The notes beneath the pieces are model-generated. The model did no database searches and was not told the origin of the DNA. It was given only the letters and a program-made list of their open reading frames with translations. This document shows, in pieces, positions 56,510-64,000 of a stretch of 64,000 nucleotides of DNA. Position numbers and translations under genes: made by a program. Source of the stretch: Nannocystis bainbridge. GTDB taxonomy: Bacteria > Myxococcota_A > Polyangia > Nannocystales > Nannocystaceae. How positions within the stretch are numbered: position 1 is the stretch's first letter; every line of letters begins with the position of its first letter. The stretch lies in contig NZ_JAQNDL010000005.1 in NCBI RefSeq assembly GCF_028368995.1, positions 544,001-608,000 on the forward strand, in the 5' to 3' direction.

Positions 56510-57229
56510 ATGAGCGACCTCGGGCCCGAATTTTCCCCTGATGCTCGTGCCCGCCTCGCCGCGATCGTCGACGACGCCCACGACGCGATCCTGAGCCGCT
56601 CGCTCGACGGCACCATTTTGTCGTGGAACCGCGGCGCAGAGCGCCTGTTCGGCTACCTGGCGCACGAGGTGATCGGCCGCCCGGTGAGCATGCTCGTGCC
56701 GGCCGACCGCGCCGACGAGGAGGCCCAGGTGACGGCGCGGATCGGCACGGGCGAGCCGCTGCCGCCGTTCGACACCGAGCGGCGCCGCAAGGACGGCCAG
56801 CTCGCCGCCGTGGCCCTCGCCGTCTCCCCGCTCAAGGACGAAGGCGGCCGGGTCATCGGCTCCTCGATCGTCGCCCGCGAGCGCAATGATCACACCCACC
56901 GCGAGTACGACGCCGCCGCGCCGTTCAGCGGCCTGCACCACGCCAACCCCGACATGGCCGCGCTGCTGTCCGCGCTGGAGGACGAGCTGCGCAACCGCCT
57001 CCACGTCGTCACGATCTCCGCCCACCTGCTCGCCCGCAGCCCCCGCGGCGACGCATCCGCCGCCACCGCCCGCGAGCTGCTGGCCCGGCAGGCGAACGAG
57101 CTCCCGCGCCTGATCCAGCTGTTCACCGAGACCGCCGCCGGGCTCGAAGACTCGGCCCGGGGCCCCGCAGAGCCGCCCCTGGGCGCCGCCGACCTCACCG
57201 CCCCGGCCCAGCCCGAAAGCTCGCCCTAG
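56510..57229 (+). CDS. PAS domain protein with degenerate HisKA helix, no HATPase
   Basis: DAILSRSLDGTILSWNRGAERLFGY...RRRKDG (PAS/PAC); EDELRNRL where SHELRNPL is expected. Confidence 0.8.
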   Translation: MSDLGPEFSPDARARLAAIVDDAHDAILSRSLDGTILSWNRGAERLFGYLAHEVIGRPVSMLVPADRADEEAQVTARIGTGEPLPPFDTERRRKDGQLAAVALAVSPLKDEGGRVIGSSIVARERNDHTHREYDAAAPFSGLHHANPDMAALLSALEDELRNRLHVVTISAHLLARSPRGDASAATARELLARQANELPRLIQLFTETAAGLEDSARGPAEPPLGAADLTAPAQPESSP

Positions 57230-57234
57230 TCCAG

Positions 57235-57268
57235 CCCTGGCCCTCGGGACATGTCCCCGGGGACATGT
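57235..57268. repeat. ACATGT element with perfect 20-bp palindrome
   Basis: CCCTGG-CCCTCGGG-ACATGT-CCCCGGGG-ACATGT just after the PAS gene stop. Confidence 0.9.
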
Positions 57269-57499
57269 CACTGCATTCGCAGACGCCGGCGGCCGCCGCC
57301 TCCGGACAGTGTCACCACCGGACGGCGAGGCCGGACACCTGTCGTGGGCCGGACACCCCGCCGCGGCCGACGTAACCCACGAGCGAGCGGCGCTCGCAAG
57401 TGACCGGGCGTGCACGGCCTGCGCCTCGCCCACCTCCCGACAATGGCGGCACCTGCGGCGATCCGGCGCCGACGAATGGTACGAGCACACGCGGGGGTC

Positions 57500-57529
57500 G
57501 GGCGCCCACGGGCGCCCACGGGCGCCCAC
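57500..57529. repeat. 10-bp tandem repeat GGGCGCCCAC x3
   Basis: Read directly from the sequence. Confidence 0.85.
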
Positions 57530-57601
57530 CGGGCCGCCGGCTGCGATTGGTCAATGTTCACCTCGTGGGACGGCGCCGGGGATTCGGCTACGATGCCGCG
57601 C

Positions 57602-58234
57602 ATGCAAGTATCTCGTTCGGTCGCCTTGCTCGACGTACCTTTTCGGGTGCTCGGGCCCACGCCGCTGGCCCCGTATCGGCTCGGCGCGCGGCTCCGGTCC
57701 GCCGGTCTCCACGTGCGCGTGCAAGATCTGAAGCCCATATTGGTCGCCAAGATCGGTCGCGGCGCCTATCGCGAGCTGAGCGAGAACCACGAGGTCGGCA
57801 AATTCGGCGAGTGGTTGTTCTCTTCTTATGTGTATGGCGACGGCGCGAGCACGCGTGACGACGCCTTCTTCGACACCTACGCGTCCGACCTCGCCCCCCT
57901 GCACGTCGTCGGCGACCCGCGGCGCTGGTTGCGACGGATCCGCGACCAGATCGTCCCCGAGTTCCTGCAGGACGCCTGCACCTGCATCGAGGCCGCGGGC
58001 GTGCCCGCGGCGATCGGGTTCGCCTGCGAATCGTTCCAGACCAACGCCGCCCTCGCTCTCGGGCGCCGGCTCAAGCGCCGTCACCCGCAGCTCAAGCTGG
58101 TCCTCGGCGGCGTCGCAGTCCCCGAGGACGCGCGCTCCGGCCCGTCCTCGTCGACGCCGTGGATCGACGCCATCGCCCTCTCGAGCGAGGGCGAGCTGCT
58201 GGTCCCGCTGTTCCAGCGCCTCGTCGCCGGCTGA
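57602..58234 (+). CDS. Stand-alone cobalamin-binding N-terminal part of a RiPP-maturation radical SAM C-methyltransferase (no rSAM domain; possibly a pseudogene)
   Basis: VALLDVPF, GEWLFS, IGFAC..FQTNAALALGRRLKRRHP.LKLVLGG, PWID...EGE; stops before any CxxxCxxC. Confidence 0.7.
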   Translation: MQVSRSVALLDVPFRVLGPTPLAPYRLGARLRSAGLHVRVQDLKPILVAKIGRGAYRELSENHEVGKFGEWLFSSYVYGDGASTRDDAFFDTYASDLAPLHVVGDPRRWLRRIRDQIVPEFLQDACTCIEAAGVPAAIGFACESFQTNAALALGRRLKRRHPQLKLVLGGVAVPEDARSGPSSSTPWIDAIALSSEGELLVPLFQRLVAG

Positions 58235-58268
58235 GCGCGCCGCCGCGGCCCGCGAGCCGGGCGCATCG

Positions 58269-58288
58269 ACATGTCTCATGAGACAGCT
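58269..58288. repeat. ACATGT element copy
   Basis: ACATGT-CTCATGAG-ACAGCT. Confidence 0.65.
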
Positions 58289-58324
58289 TTGCGTAGCTTC
58301 CCCCGCTCGCCCCGATCGGGCACG

Positions 58325-59866
58325 ATGATCGCCGTGCGGAAGTCCAGTCGATGGCGATTTTTCGGCCTCGCGCTGCCCTCGCTGGCCGCCTGCCCCGCGC
58401 CGGGCGGCGACCCGAGCCCCTCGTCCGCGACGAGCCCGCTGCTCCCCACGACCACCACGACCTCCACCACGACCACGACCGGCAGCGACTCGCCCGAGCC
58501 CGCTCCGACCACCTCCACGACCTCGTCGACCTCGACGACCACCAGCGAGACCAGCGACGCGACCACGAGCGACGCGGGCCTCGTCGCACTGCAGATCGAT
58601 CCGCCGCAGCACCTCGTCACCGTCGCCAGCGGCTGGTCGTTTCCGGCGTCCTACAGCGTCGTCGGGCTCGACGGTCGCGGTCACATCGTCCCGGTCACCG
58701 CCGCCTGGAGCCTCGACGATCCGTCGCTCGGCACGCTCACGCGCCACGGCGGCACCTTCCAGGCCAGCAACACAGCCGCGGGGGTCGCCACGATCACCGC
58801 CAGCGCCGCCGGTCTGCAGGCCAGCGCCGAGGTCGTCGTCGAGCTCGTCGACGACCTGCCGAGCTGTCCGCCGCGTCCACCGCTGACTGACGGCGAGCCG
58901 GCGCCCGGCGCCTTCGTCAAGGTCGTCGCGCCCGAATATCAGGGCACCGGCGTCTACCACGGCCTCTATCTCCCGCCGGACTGGCAGCCCGGGCGGCGCT
59001 ACCCCATGATCGTCGAATCGCCGTGCAACGAGTACGGTGATTTCACCGGCAAGGTCGACGACGCCATCCTCGGCTACCACCTCGCGGGCTGCCAGCAATT
59101 CGTCTGGTTGGTCCTGCCCTACCTCGAGAGCGGCGCCAACCTCGATTTCGGCTGGGGCGACGTACCGGCGACCGTCGCCTACTGGCAGACCAACCTCGCC
59201 CGCACCATCGACGCCTGGGGCATCGATCCGGGCGCCGTGGTCGTGTCCGGCTTCTCGCGCGGCGCCATCGGCACCAGCTTCGTCGGCCTCCACGACGACG
59301 GCATCGCCGACGCCTGGCTCGGCTTCGTCATGCACAGCCACGCCGACGTCGTCACCCCGCTCACCCCCGACGGCGGCGCCGGCTCGGCGTCGCGAATGCA
59401 GCGCGTGCGCGGCCGGGCCGCCTGGCTGTCATGGGGCGCCGCGGGCGACGGCGGTCAGCCCAACAGCCTCAAGGGCGTCGAGCTGCTGGCGTCCTTCGGC
59501 TACCCGATCACCACGCTCGCGGTCCCTGGCGTCGGCCACACCGATGCCTGGCTCGCCGACGATGTCGCCTCACGGCAGGTGGCCCAGCAATGGCTGTTCG
59601 CCACCATCGCCGCCCGCCCCGGCACGCACGCCCTCCGCGGCCGCGTGGTCGACAGCGGCGGCCACGGCGTCGCCGACGCCCAGATCGCCTCCGGCGCGCA
59701 CGTCACCCGCACCGACGCCCACGGCTATTATTCGTTGCTCGGGCTGCTCCCCGGGCCGCGTGACGTCGCCTGCACGCACGCGAGCCTCACCTGCTCCGCG
59801 GATAAGTCCGTCGACATCACCGCCGCCGACGCGAGCGACATCGATTTCATCGCCGAGCGCCCCTGA
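58325..59866 (+). CDS. Lipoprotein: Ig-like domain + alpha/beta hydrolase + carboxypeptidase-regulatory-like domain
   Basis: Lipobox LAAC; YLPPDWQPGRRYPMIVE; nucleophile elbow SGFSRGA; GVGHTDAW; LRGRVVDSGG. Confidence 0.85.
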   Translation: MIAVRKSSRWRFFGLALPSLAACPAPGGDPSPSSATSPLLPTTTTTSTTTTTGSDSPEPAPTTSTTSSTSTTTSETSDATTSDAGLVALQIDPPQHLVTVASGWSFPASYSVVGLDGRGHIVPVTAAWSLDDPSLGTLTRHGGTFQASNTAAGVATITASAAGLQASAEVVVELVDDLPSCPPRPPLTDGEPAPGAFVKVVAPEYQGTGVYHGLYLPPDWQPGRRYPMIVESPCNEYGDFTGKVDDAILGYHLAGCQQFVWLVLPYLESGANLDFGWGDVPATVAYWQTNLARTIDAWGIDPGAVVVSGFSRGAIGTSFVGLHDDGIADAWLGFVMHSHADVVTPLTPDGGAGSASRMQRVRGRAAWLSWGAAGDGGQPNSLKGVELLASFGYPITTLAVPGVGHTDAWLADDVASRQVAQQWLFATIAARPGTHALRGRVVDSGGHGVADAQIASGAHVTRTDAHGYYSLLGLLPGPRDVACTHASLTCSADKSVDITAADASDIDFIAERP

Positions 59867-59879
59867 CGACCCGCGGGTT

Positions 59880-60776
59880 TCAGCCGGACGGATCGCTGCG
59901 CAGCACCTCGATCACCGCGCGCAGCGCCGGCGTCACGTGGCGACCGCTCGGCCAATAAAGGAAGCTGCCCGGGAACGGCGGGCACCAATCCTCCAGCACC
60001 CGGACCAGCCGGCCCGCCGCCACGTGGGCCGCCACGTGGCTCTCGAGCGCGTAGGCCAGGCCGACCCCCGCGAGCGCCGCCTCGACCAGCAGCAGCGGCT
60101 CGTTGGTGACCAGCGCCGAGTCCATCGCCACCGCCAGCGCGCGGCCGTCCTGCTCGAGCTCCCATTTGAAAAGCGCCCCCGACGTCTGACGATAGTTGAT
60201 CGCGCGGTGCTGACGGAGCTCCTGCGGCGATTGCGGCGGCGGGTGGCGGCGCAGATATTCGGGCGACCCGACGATCGTCGCGCGGTCGTCGGGCCCGATG
60301 CGGACCGACACCATGTCTCGGTCGACCATGTAGCCGAGGCGCACCCCCGCGTCGAAGCGCTCGGCCACGATGTCGGCCAGCTTGTCGTCGGCCACGATCT
60401 CGAGCACCACCCGCGGATACCTGCGCGCCAGCTCCGGCAGGCGCGGCGCCAGCAGCCGCATCACCGCGTCGCGGTGGACCGTCAGGCGCACCGGCCCGGC
60501 CGGCTCGTCGCGCAGCTCGGCGAGCCCCGCCACGGCCGCGGCCACCCCGTCCATCGCCGGCACCAGCGTCGCCAGCAGCTGCTCGCCCGCCGCCGTCGGC
60601 GCCACGCTGCGAGTCGTGCGGTGGAGCAGTCGCAGGCCCAGCCGCTCCTCGAGCCCCGTCATCGCGTGGCTGATCGCCGACGTCGAGAGGCCCAGCCGCG
60701 ACGCCGCCCGCGTGAAGCTGCGCGCCTCAGCCACCGCCACGAACACCGCCAGGTCCGGCCAGTCCTCGCGCCTCAT
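59880..60776 (-). CDS. LysR family regulator (CrgA/PgrR-like)
   Basis: FVAVAEARSFTRAASRLGLSTSAISH...LLHRTTRSVAPT; DIVAERFDAGVRLG. Confidence 0.95.
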   Translation of the reverse strand: MRREDWPDLAVFVAVAEARSFTRAASRLGLSTSAISHAMTGLEERLGLRLLHRTTRSVAPTAAGEQLLATLVPAMDGVAAAVAGLAELRDEPAGPVRLTVHRDAVMRLLAPRLPELARRYPRVVLEIVADDKLADIVAERFDAGVRLGYMVDRDMVSVRIGPDDRATIVGSPEYLRRHPPPQSPQELRQHRAINYRQTSGALFKWELEQDGRALAVAMDSALVTNEPLLLVEAALAGVGLAYALESHVAAHVAAGRLVRVLEDWCPPFPGSFLYWPSGRHVTPALRAVIEVLRSDPSG

Positions 60777-60862
60777 TGTTGAGCCTCGTTCATCGACCCT
60801 TCCAGCTCCGGCTATCTACTCGACCGCGCCGGCGATGCCTAGCCTGCGGGTCCAGGAGCCTC

Positions 60863-61921
60863 ATGCCCGAAATCCGAGCCTACGCCGCGCAATCGCCGAC
60901 CAGCGGCCTCGCGCCGACCACCATCGTCCGCCGCGACCCGCGCCCCGATGACGTCGTCATCGAAGTCGCCTACTGCGGGATCTGCCACACCGACCTGTCC
61001 CAGACCCGCGACGAGTGGGGCGGCGCCACCTACCCGATGGTGCCTGGCCACGAGATCACCGGCATCGTGCGCGCCGTCGGCAGCGCCGTCACCGACCTCC
61101 CCGTCGGCGCCCGCGTCGGCGTCGGCTGCTTCGTCGACGGCGGCTGCTCCCGCGGCCACGGCGACCGCGAGCACGAGCACCAGGACCTCGACAACCTCGT
61201 GCTCACCTACAACGGCCGCGAGCACGACGGCGCCCCGACCTACGGCGGCTACGCCCAGACCATCGTGGTGAAGCGCGCCTACGTGCTCGAGATCCCCGAC
61301 GCCTTGCCGCTCGACGCCGCCGCCCCGCTGCTGTGCGCCGGCATCACCCTCTACTCCCCGCTCGTCCACTGGCGGGCCGGACCGGGCCGCAAGGTCGCCA
61401 TCGTCGGCCTCGGCGGCCTCGGCCACCTCGGCGTCAAGCTGGCGCGCGCCTTCGGGGCCGAGGTCACCGTCCTCAGCCGCGGCGAGGGCAAGCGGGCCGA
61501 CGCCCTCGCGCTCGGCGCCCACGACTACCACGCCACCTCCGACCCGCAGACCTTCGCCCGCCTCGCCGGCCGGTTCGACCTCGTCATCATCACCGTCGGC
61601 GCCACGCTCGACTGGAACGCCTACCTGCGGCTCGTGCGACGCGAGGGCGCCCTCGTCCTGGTCGGCATGCCCGACGCGCCCGGCGAGGTCAGCGGCTTCG
61701 AGCTGCTGTCGCAGCGCCGCTCGCTGGCCGGCTCCGGCATCGGCGGCATCCCCGAGACCGCGCGCATGCTCGAGTTCTGCGCCCGCCACGGCATCACCGC
61801 CGACATCGAGACCGTCGCCATCCAGGACGTCGCCGCCGCCTACGCCCGCGTCGACCGCAGCGACGTCCGCTACCGCTTCGTCATCGACATGAAGACGCTG
61901 AGCCGCGACCCCGGCGTTTGA
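60863..61921 (+). CDS. NADP-dependent zinc alcohol dehydrogenase (CAD/AdhC/YahK-like)
   Basis: CGICHTD, PGHE, APLLCAG, GLGGLG, DVRYRFVID; AGGAG RBS. Confidence 0.95.
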   Translation: MPEIRAYAAQSPTSGLAPTTIVRRDPRPDDVVIEVAYCGICHTDLSQTRDEWGGATYPMVPGHEITGIVRAVGSAVTDLPVGARVGVGCFVDGGCSRGHGDREHEHQDLDNLVLTYNGREHDGAPTYGGYAQTIVVKRAYVLEIPDALPLDAAAPLLCAGITLYSPLVHWRAGPGRKVAIVGLGGLGHLGVKLARAFGAEVTVLSRGEGKRADALALGAHDYHATSDPQTFARLAGRFDLVIITVGATLDWNAYLRLVRREGALVLVGMPDAPGEVSGFELLSQRRSLAGSGIGGIPETARMLEFCARHGITADIETVAIQDVAAAYARVDRSDVRYRFVIDMKTLSRDPGV

Positions 61922-61997
61922 ACCTGCGCGAACGGACATGCCCTTTCAGGCATGTCCGTTCCATCATGTCCGTTCGGACCTGTCCTTGCGGACTATC
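61922..61997. repeat. Six-unit 14-bp-period ACATGT array
   Basis: ACCTGC(61922) ACATGC(61936) GCATGT(61950) TCATGT(61964) ACCTGT(61978) ACTATC(61992); fills most of the gap between convergent stops. Confidence 0.9.
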
Positions 61998-62012
61998 GCC
62001 GGTCGTCCGCAC

Positions 62013-63710
62013 TCACGGCGTGAAGGCGACCTCGAGCTTGCCGCCCAGCGCCACCGCCGCGTCGACCAGCCCGTCCTTGACGCTGAAGTTCTCGACCTCG
62101 ATCGCCGTGACCTCCGCGTCCACCTGCAGGCGGCCGGCCACGGCCCCGCCGAGCGCCTTCGACACCGCGTCGCTGAGCGCGGCCGCCCGCGTGTCCAGCT
62201 TCCAGCGGGCCTTGTCGGCCACCAGCTTGCGCAGCGCCGCGTACTGCGACTCCGACAGCTTCTTCAGCGCCGCGTTGTCGGTGTCGACCGTGTAGTCGAA
62301 GTTCTCGATCGCCAGCTCACGCGCCCGCGCGTCCCACTCGAGGTCGCCCTGCAGCTTGAGCTCGCCGCGGATCGCCCCGCCGACGCCGACCGCGAAGGTC
62401 AGGCGGTGCGGGTGCCGGCCCTCGAACGCGTCGACCAGCTTCACGTAGGTGATGACGATGTCGGGCGTGTTGCGGCCGTCGAGCTTGACGTTGCCGAGCC
62501 GCTTGCTCAGCTCCTCGTTCAGCTGGCTGATCGGCAGGCGCAGGCGCGACTTGAACGCGAAGCCCGGCGGGTCGGTCACCGGCTGCAGCTTCGGCAGCGG
62601 CACCGGCTTGACCGCCGGCTTGGCGCCGAGCGTCACCACCAGCTGACCGGCCAGCCCGAGGTCGACGCGCAGGGAGCCGCCGTCCATCCGCGGCTGCGAC
62701 ACCCCGAGCGCCGTCGGCTTGGCCACCAGCCACGCCGGCGTCGAACAAATCGCCCCGGCCTCGGGCGGGCAGCGGCCCTGCGCGAACTGCTGCAGCGACT
62801 GCGGCTGCTGCAGCCCCGCCCACAGCGTCTGCGCCTGCTTCTTCAGGTTGAGCTGCTTCTCGAACTGCGCGTCGGCCTGCGCGAGCGCCTGCTGGATCTT
62901 CGGCACCAGCTGCTTCTGCAAGTTCTTGTTGACCATCGGCGCGACCGACTCCTTGGTGATGCACACCTTGGCCAGCGCCTTGACGCACACCTGCCCGCTC
63001 GGCGCCGGCCCGAAGTCGATGTCGTCGAGCGCCGGCGCGGCCGTCACCCGGAAATCGTTCTCGATCTTGAAGTCGGCGTGGAACTTGGCCGCCACCTTCT
63101 GCGGCTCGGCCTTGGTGCCCCACGTCTCGCCCTTCGTGATCCAGATCAGCCGCTTGCCGATCTTCGTCGACGCGCGCACGTCGGCCGCGTAGCGCACGTT
63201 CACGGCCACGTCGAGGCGACCGTCGTCGAACTTGGCCTTGATCGGATCGCGCCAGATCGTGTAGCGGACCTCGATCTTGGTGGCCGACTTCGGGTCGCTG
63301 ACCACCTGCCAGTCCTGCGTGATCGTCTTCTGGATCAGGCTGTCGACCTTGTTCACCGCGCCGTCGAAGTCGACGCGCAGCGGGACGACGATCTGGGTGC
63401 CGTCACGCACGCCCGGCGGCGGCTCTTCCGGCCGCGGATCGGGCCGCGGCGGCGGCTCTTGCGGCTTGGCCGGCTTGCCCGGCCCGGACGGCTTCGGCGT
63501 CGGCTTGGCGGGCTTCGGCGCCGGCTTCGGGGTCGGCTTCGGCTTCGGCTTCGAGCTCGACGGCTTCGGCTGCGGCTTCTTCGCGGGCTTCGGCTTGCCC
63601 GCCGTGCCCCTCGGCGGCGAGCTCGGCCCCGAATACGGCACGCGGACGATGGTGCAGCTGCAGAGAAATGCGAGCAGCGTCGCGAAGGTGAGCTTGGGTG
63701 TCGGGAGCAT
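62013..63710 (-). CDS. DUF4403-like lipoprotein with Pro/Lys-rich stalk
   Basis: Signal ...FLCSC; KPKP linker; IVVPLRV...YTIWRDPI...LWAGLQQP...WLVAKP pattern. Confidence 0.75.
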   Translation of the reverse strand: MLPTPKLTFATLLAFLCSCTIVRVPYSGPSSPPRGTAGKPKPAKKPQPKPSSSKPKPKPTPKPAPKPAKPTPKPSGPGKPAKPQEPPPRPDPRPEEPPPGVRDGTQIVVPLRVDFDGAVNKVDSLIQKTITQDWQVVSDPKSATKIEVRYTIWRDPIKAKFDDGRLDVAVNVRYAADVRASTKIGKRLIWITKGETWGTKAEPQKVAAKFHADFKIENDFRVTAAPALDDIDFGPAPSGQVCVKALAKVCITKESVAPMVNKNLQKQLVPKIQQALAQADAQFEKQLNLKKQAQTLWAGLQQPQSLQQFAQGRCPPEAGAICSTPAWLVAKPTALGVSQPRMDGGSLRVDLGLAGQLVVTLGAKPAVKPVPLPKLQPVTDPPGFAFKSRLRLPISQLNEELSKRLGNVKLDGRNTPDIVITYVKLVDAFEGRHPHRLTFAVGVGGAIRGELKLQGDLEWDARARELAIENFDYTVDTDNAALKKLSESQYAALRKLVADKARWKLDTRAAALSDAVSKALGGAVAGRLQVDAEVTAIEVENFSVKDGLVDAAVALGGKLEVAFTP

Positions 63711-64000
63711 CGCGTCCTCAGACTCCGAAATCCCGGCGCGCTTCACCTCGCGCGACCCCGGACCACGGGCCGGGCGAGCATCGCCGGCGCGGCCGCGACA
63801 GGGAAGCCGGCTCGCTCCGGCGCGCGATCGCCCGCCTCTCGCGCATGCGCCCGCGCCCTCGCGCGCGACCTCGCCGGACCCCTCGGCTCGCAAATGCGAG
63901 CAGGCCCCACAAAGCCGGGCCCCGGGCCGTTCGCGCAGCCTACGCCGAGCTCGACCGCAGCGCTCGCGGGCCTCGCCTGCGGCCGATACGCGGGCGCCCA

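Overview
Very GC-rich bacterial chromosomal window. I infer a myxobacterium (Myxococcota, Nannocystis-like) from the DUF4215 Cys-rich repeat lipoproteins, Thr/Ser-linker lipoproteins, ECF-carboxypeptidase-domain fusion and V4R-STAS gene. I call about 50 CDS and see no rRNA, tRNA or CRISPR array. All functional calls come from motif recognition by eye, not from searches. Contents in order: an amidohydrolase/alginate-export-porin/YcaC/DUF1427/MFS operon; a group-2-like sigma-70 factor; a LysR-HAD pair; an aldo-keto reductase fused to PNKP-like kinase and 3'-phosphatase domains; an accessory stretch (about 16-32 kb) with IS66 and IS91 scars, a membrane-tethered ECF-PDZ fusion, a SUKH immunity protein and an EGF/FG-GAP lipoprotein; three tandem DUF4215-DUF1554 surface lipoproteins next to a lysyl oxidase with intact catalytic motifs; an M23-like protein; a triuret-hydrolase-like/SnoaL fusion; an FHA-ABC transporter; fragmentary signalling genes; a LysR-ADH pair; and a DUF4403 lipoprotein. 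Three signals are least explained. (1) A dispersed palindromic DNA element, ACATGT-CC-N4-GG-ACATGT, occurs at about 12 loci, chains with a 14-bp period, and once lies in frame inside a CDS. (2) The AKR-PNKP fusion is a candidate nucleic-acid end-healing enzyme. (3) A metazoan-ECM-like toolkit (EGF, FG-GAP, endostatin-like CLec tips, lysyl oxidase) clusters at 27-43 kb.
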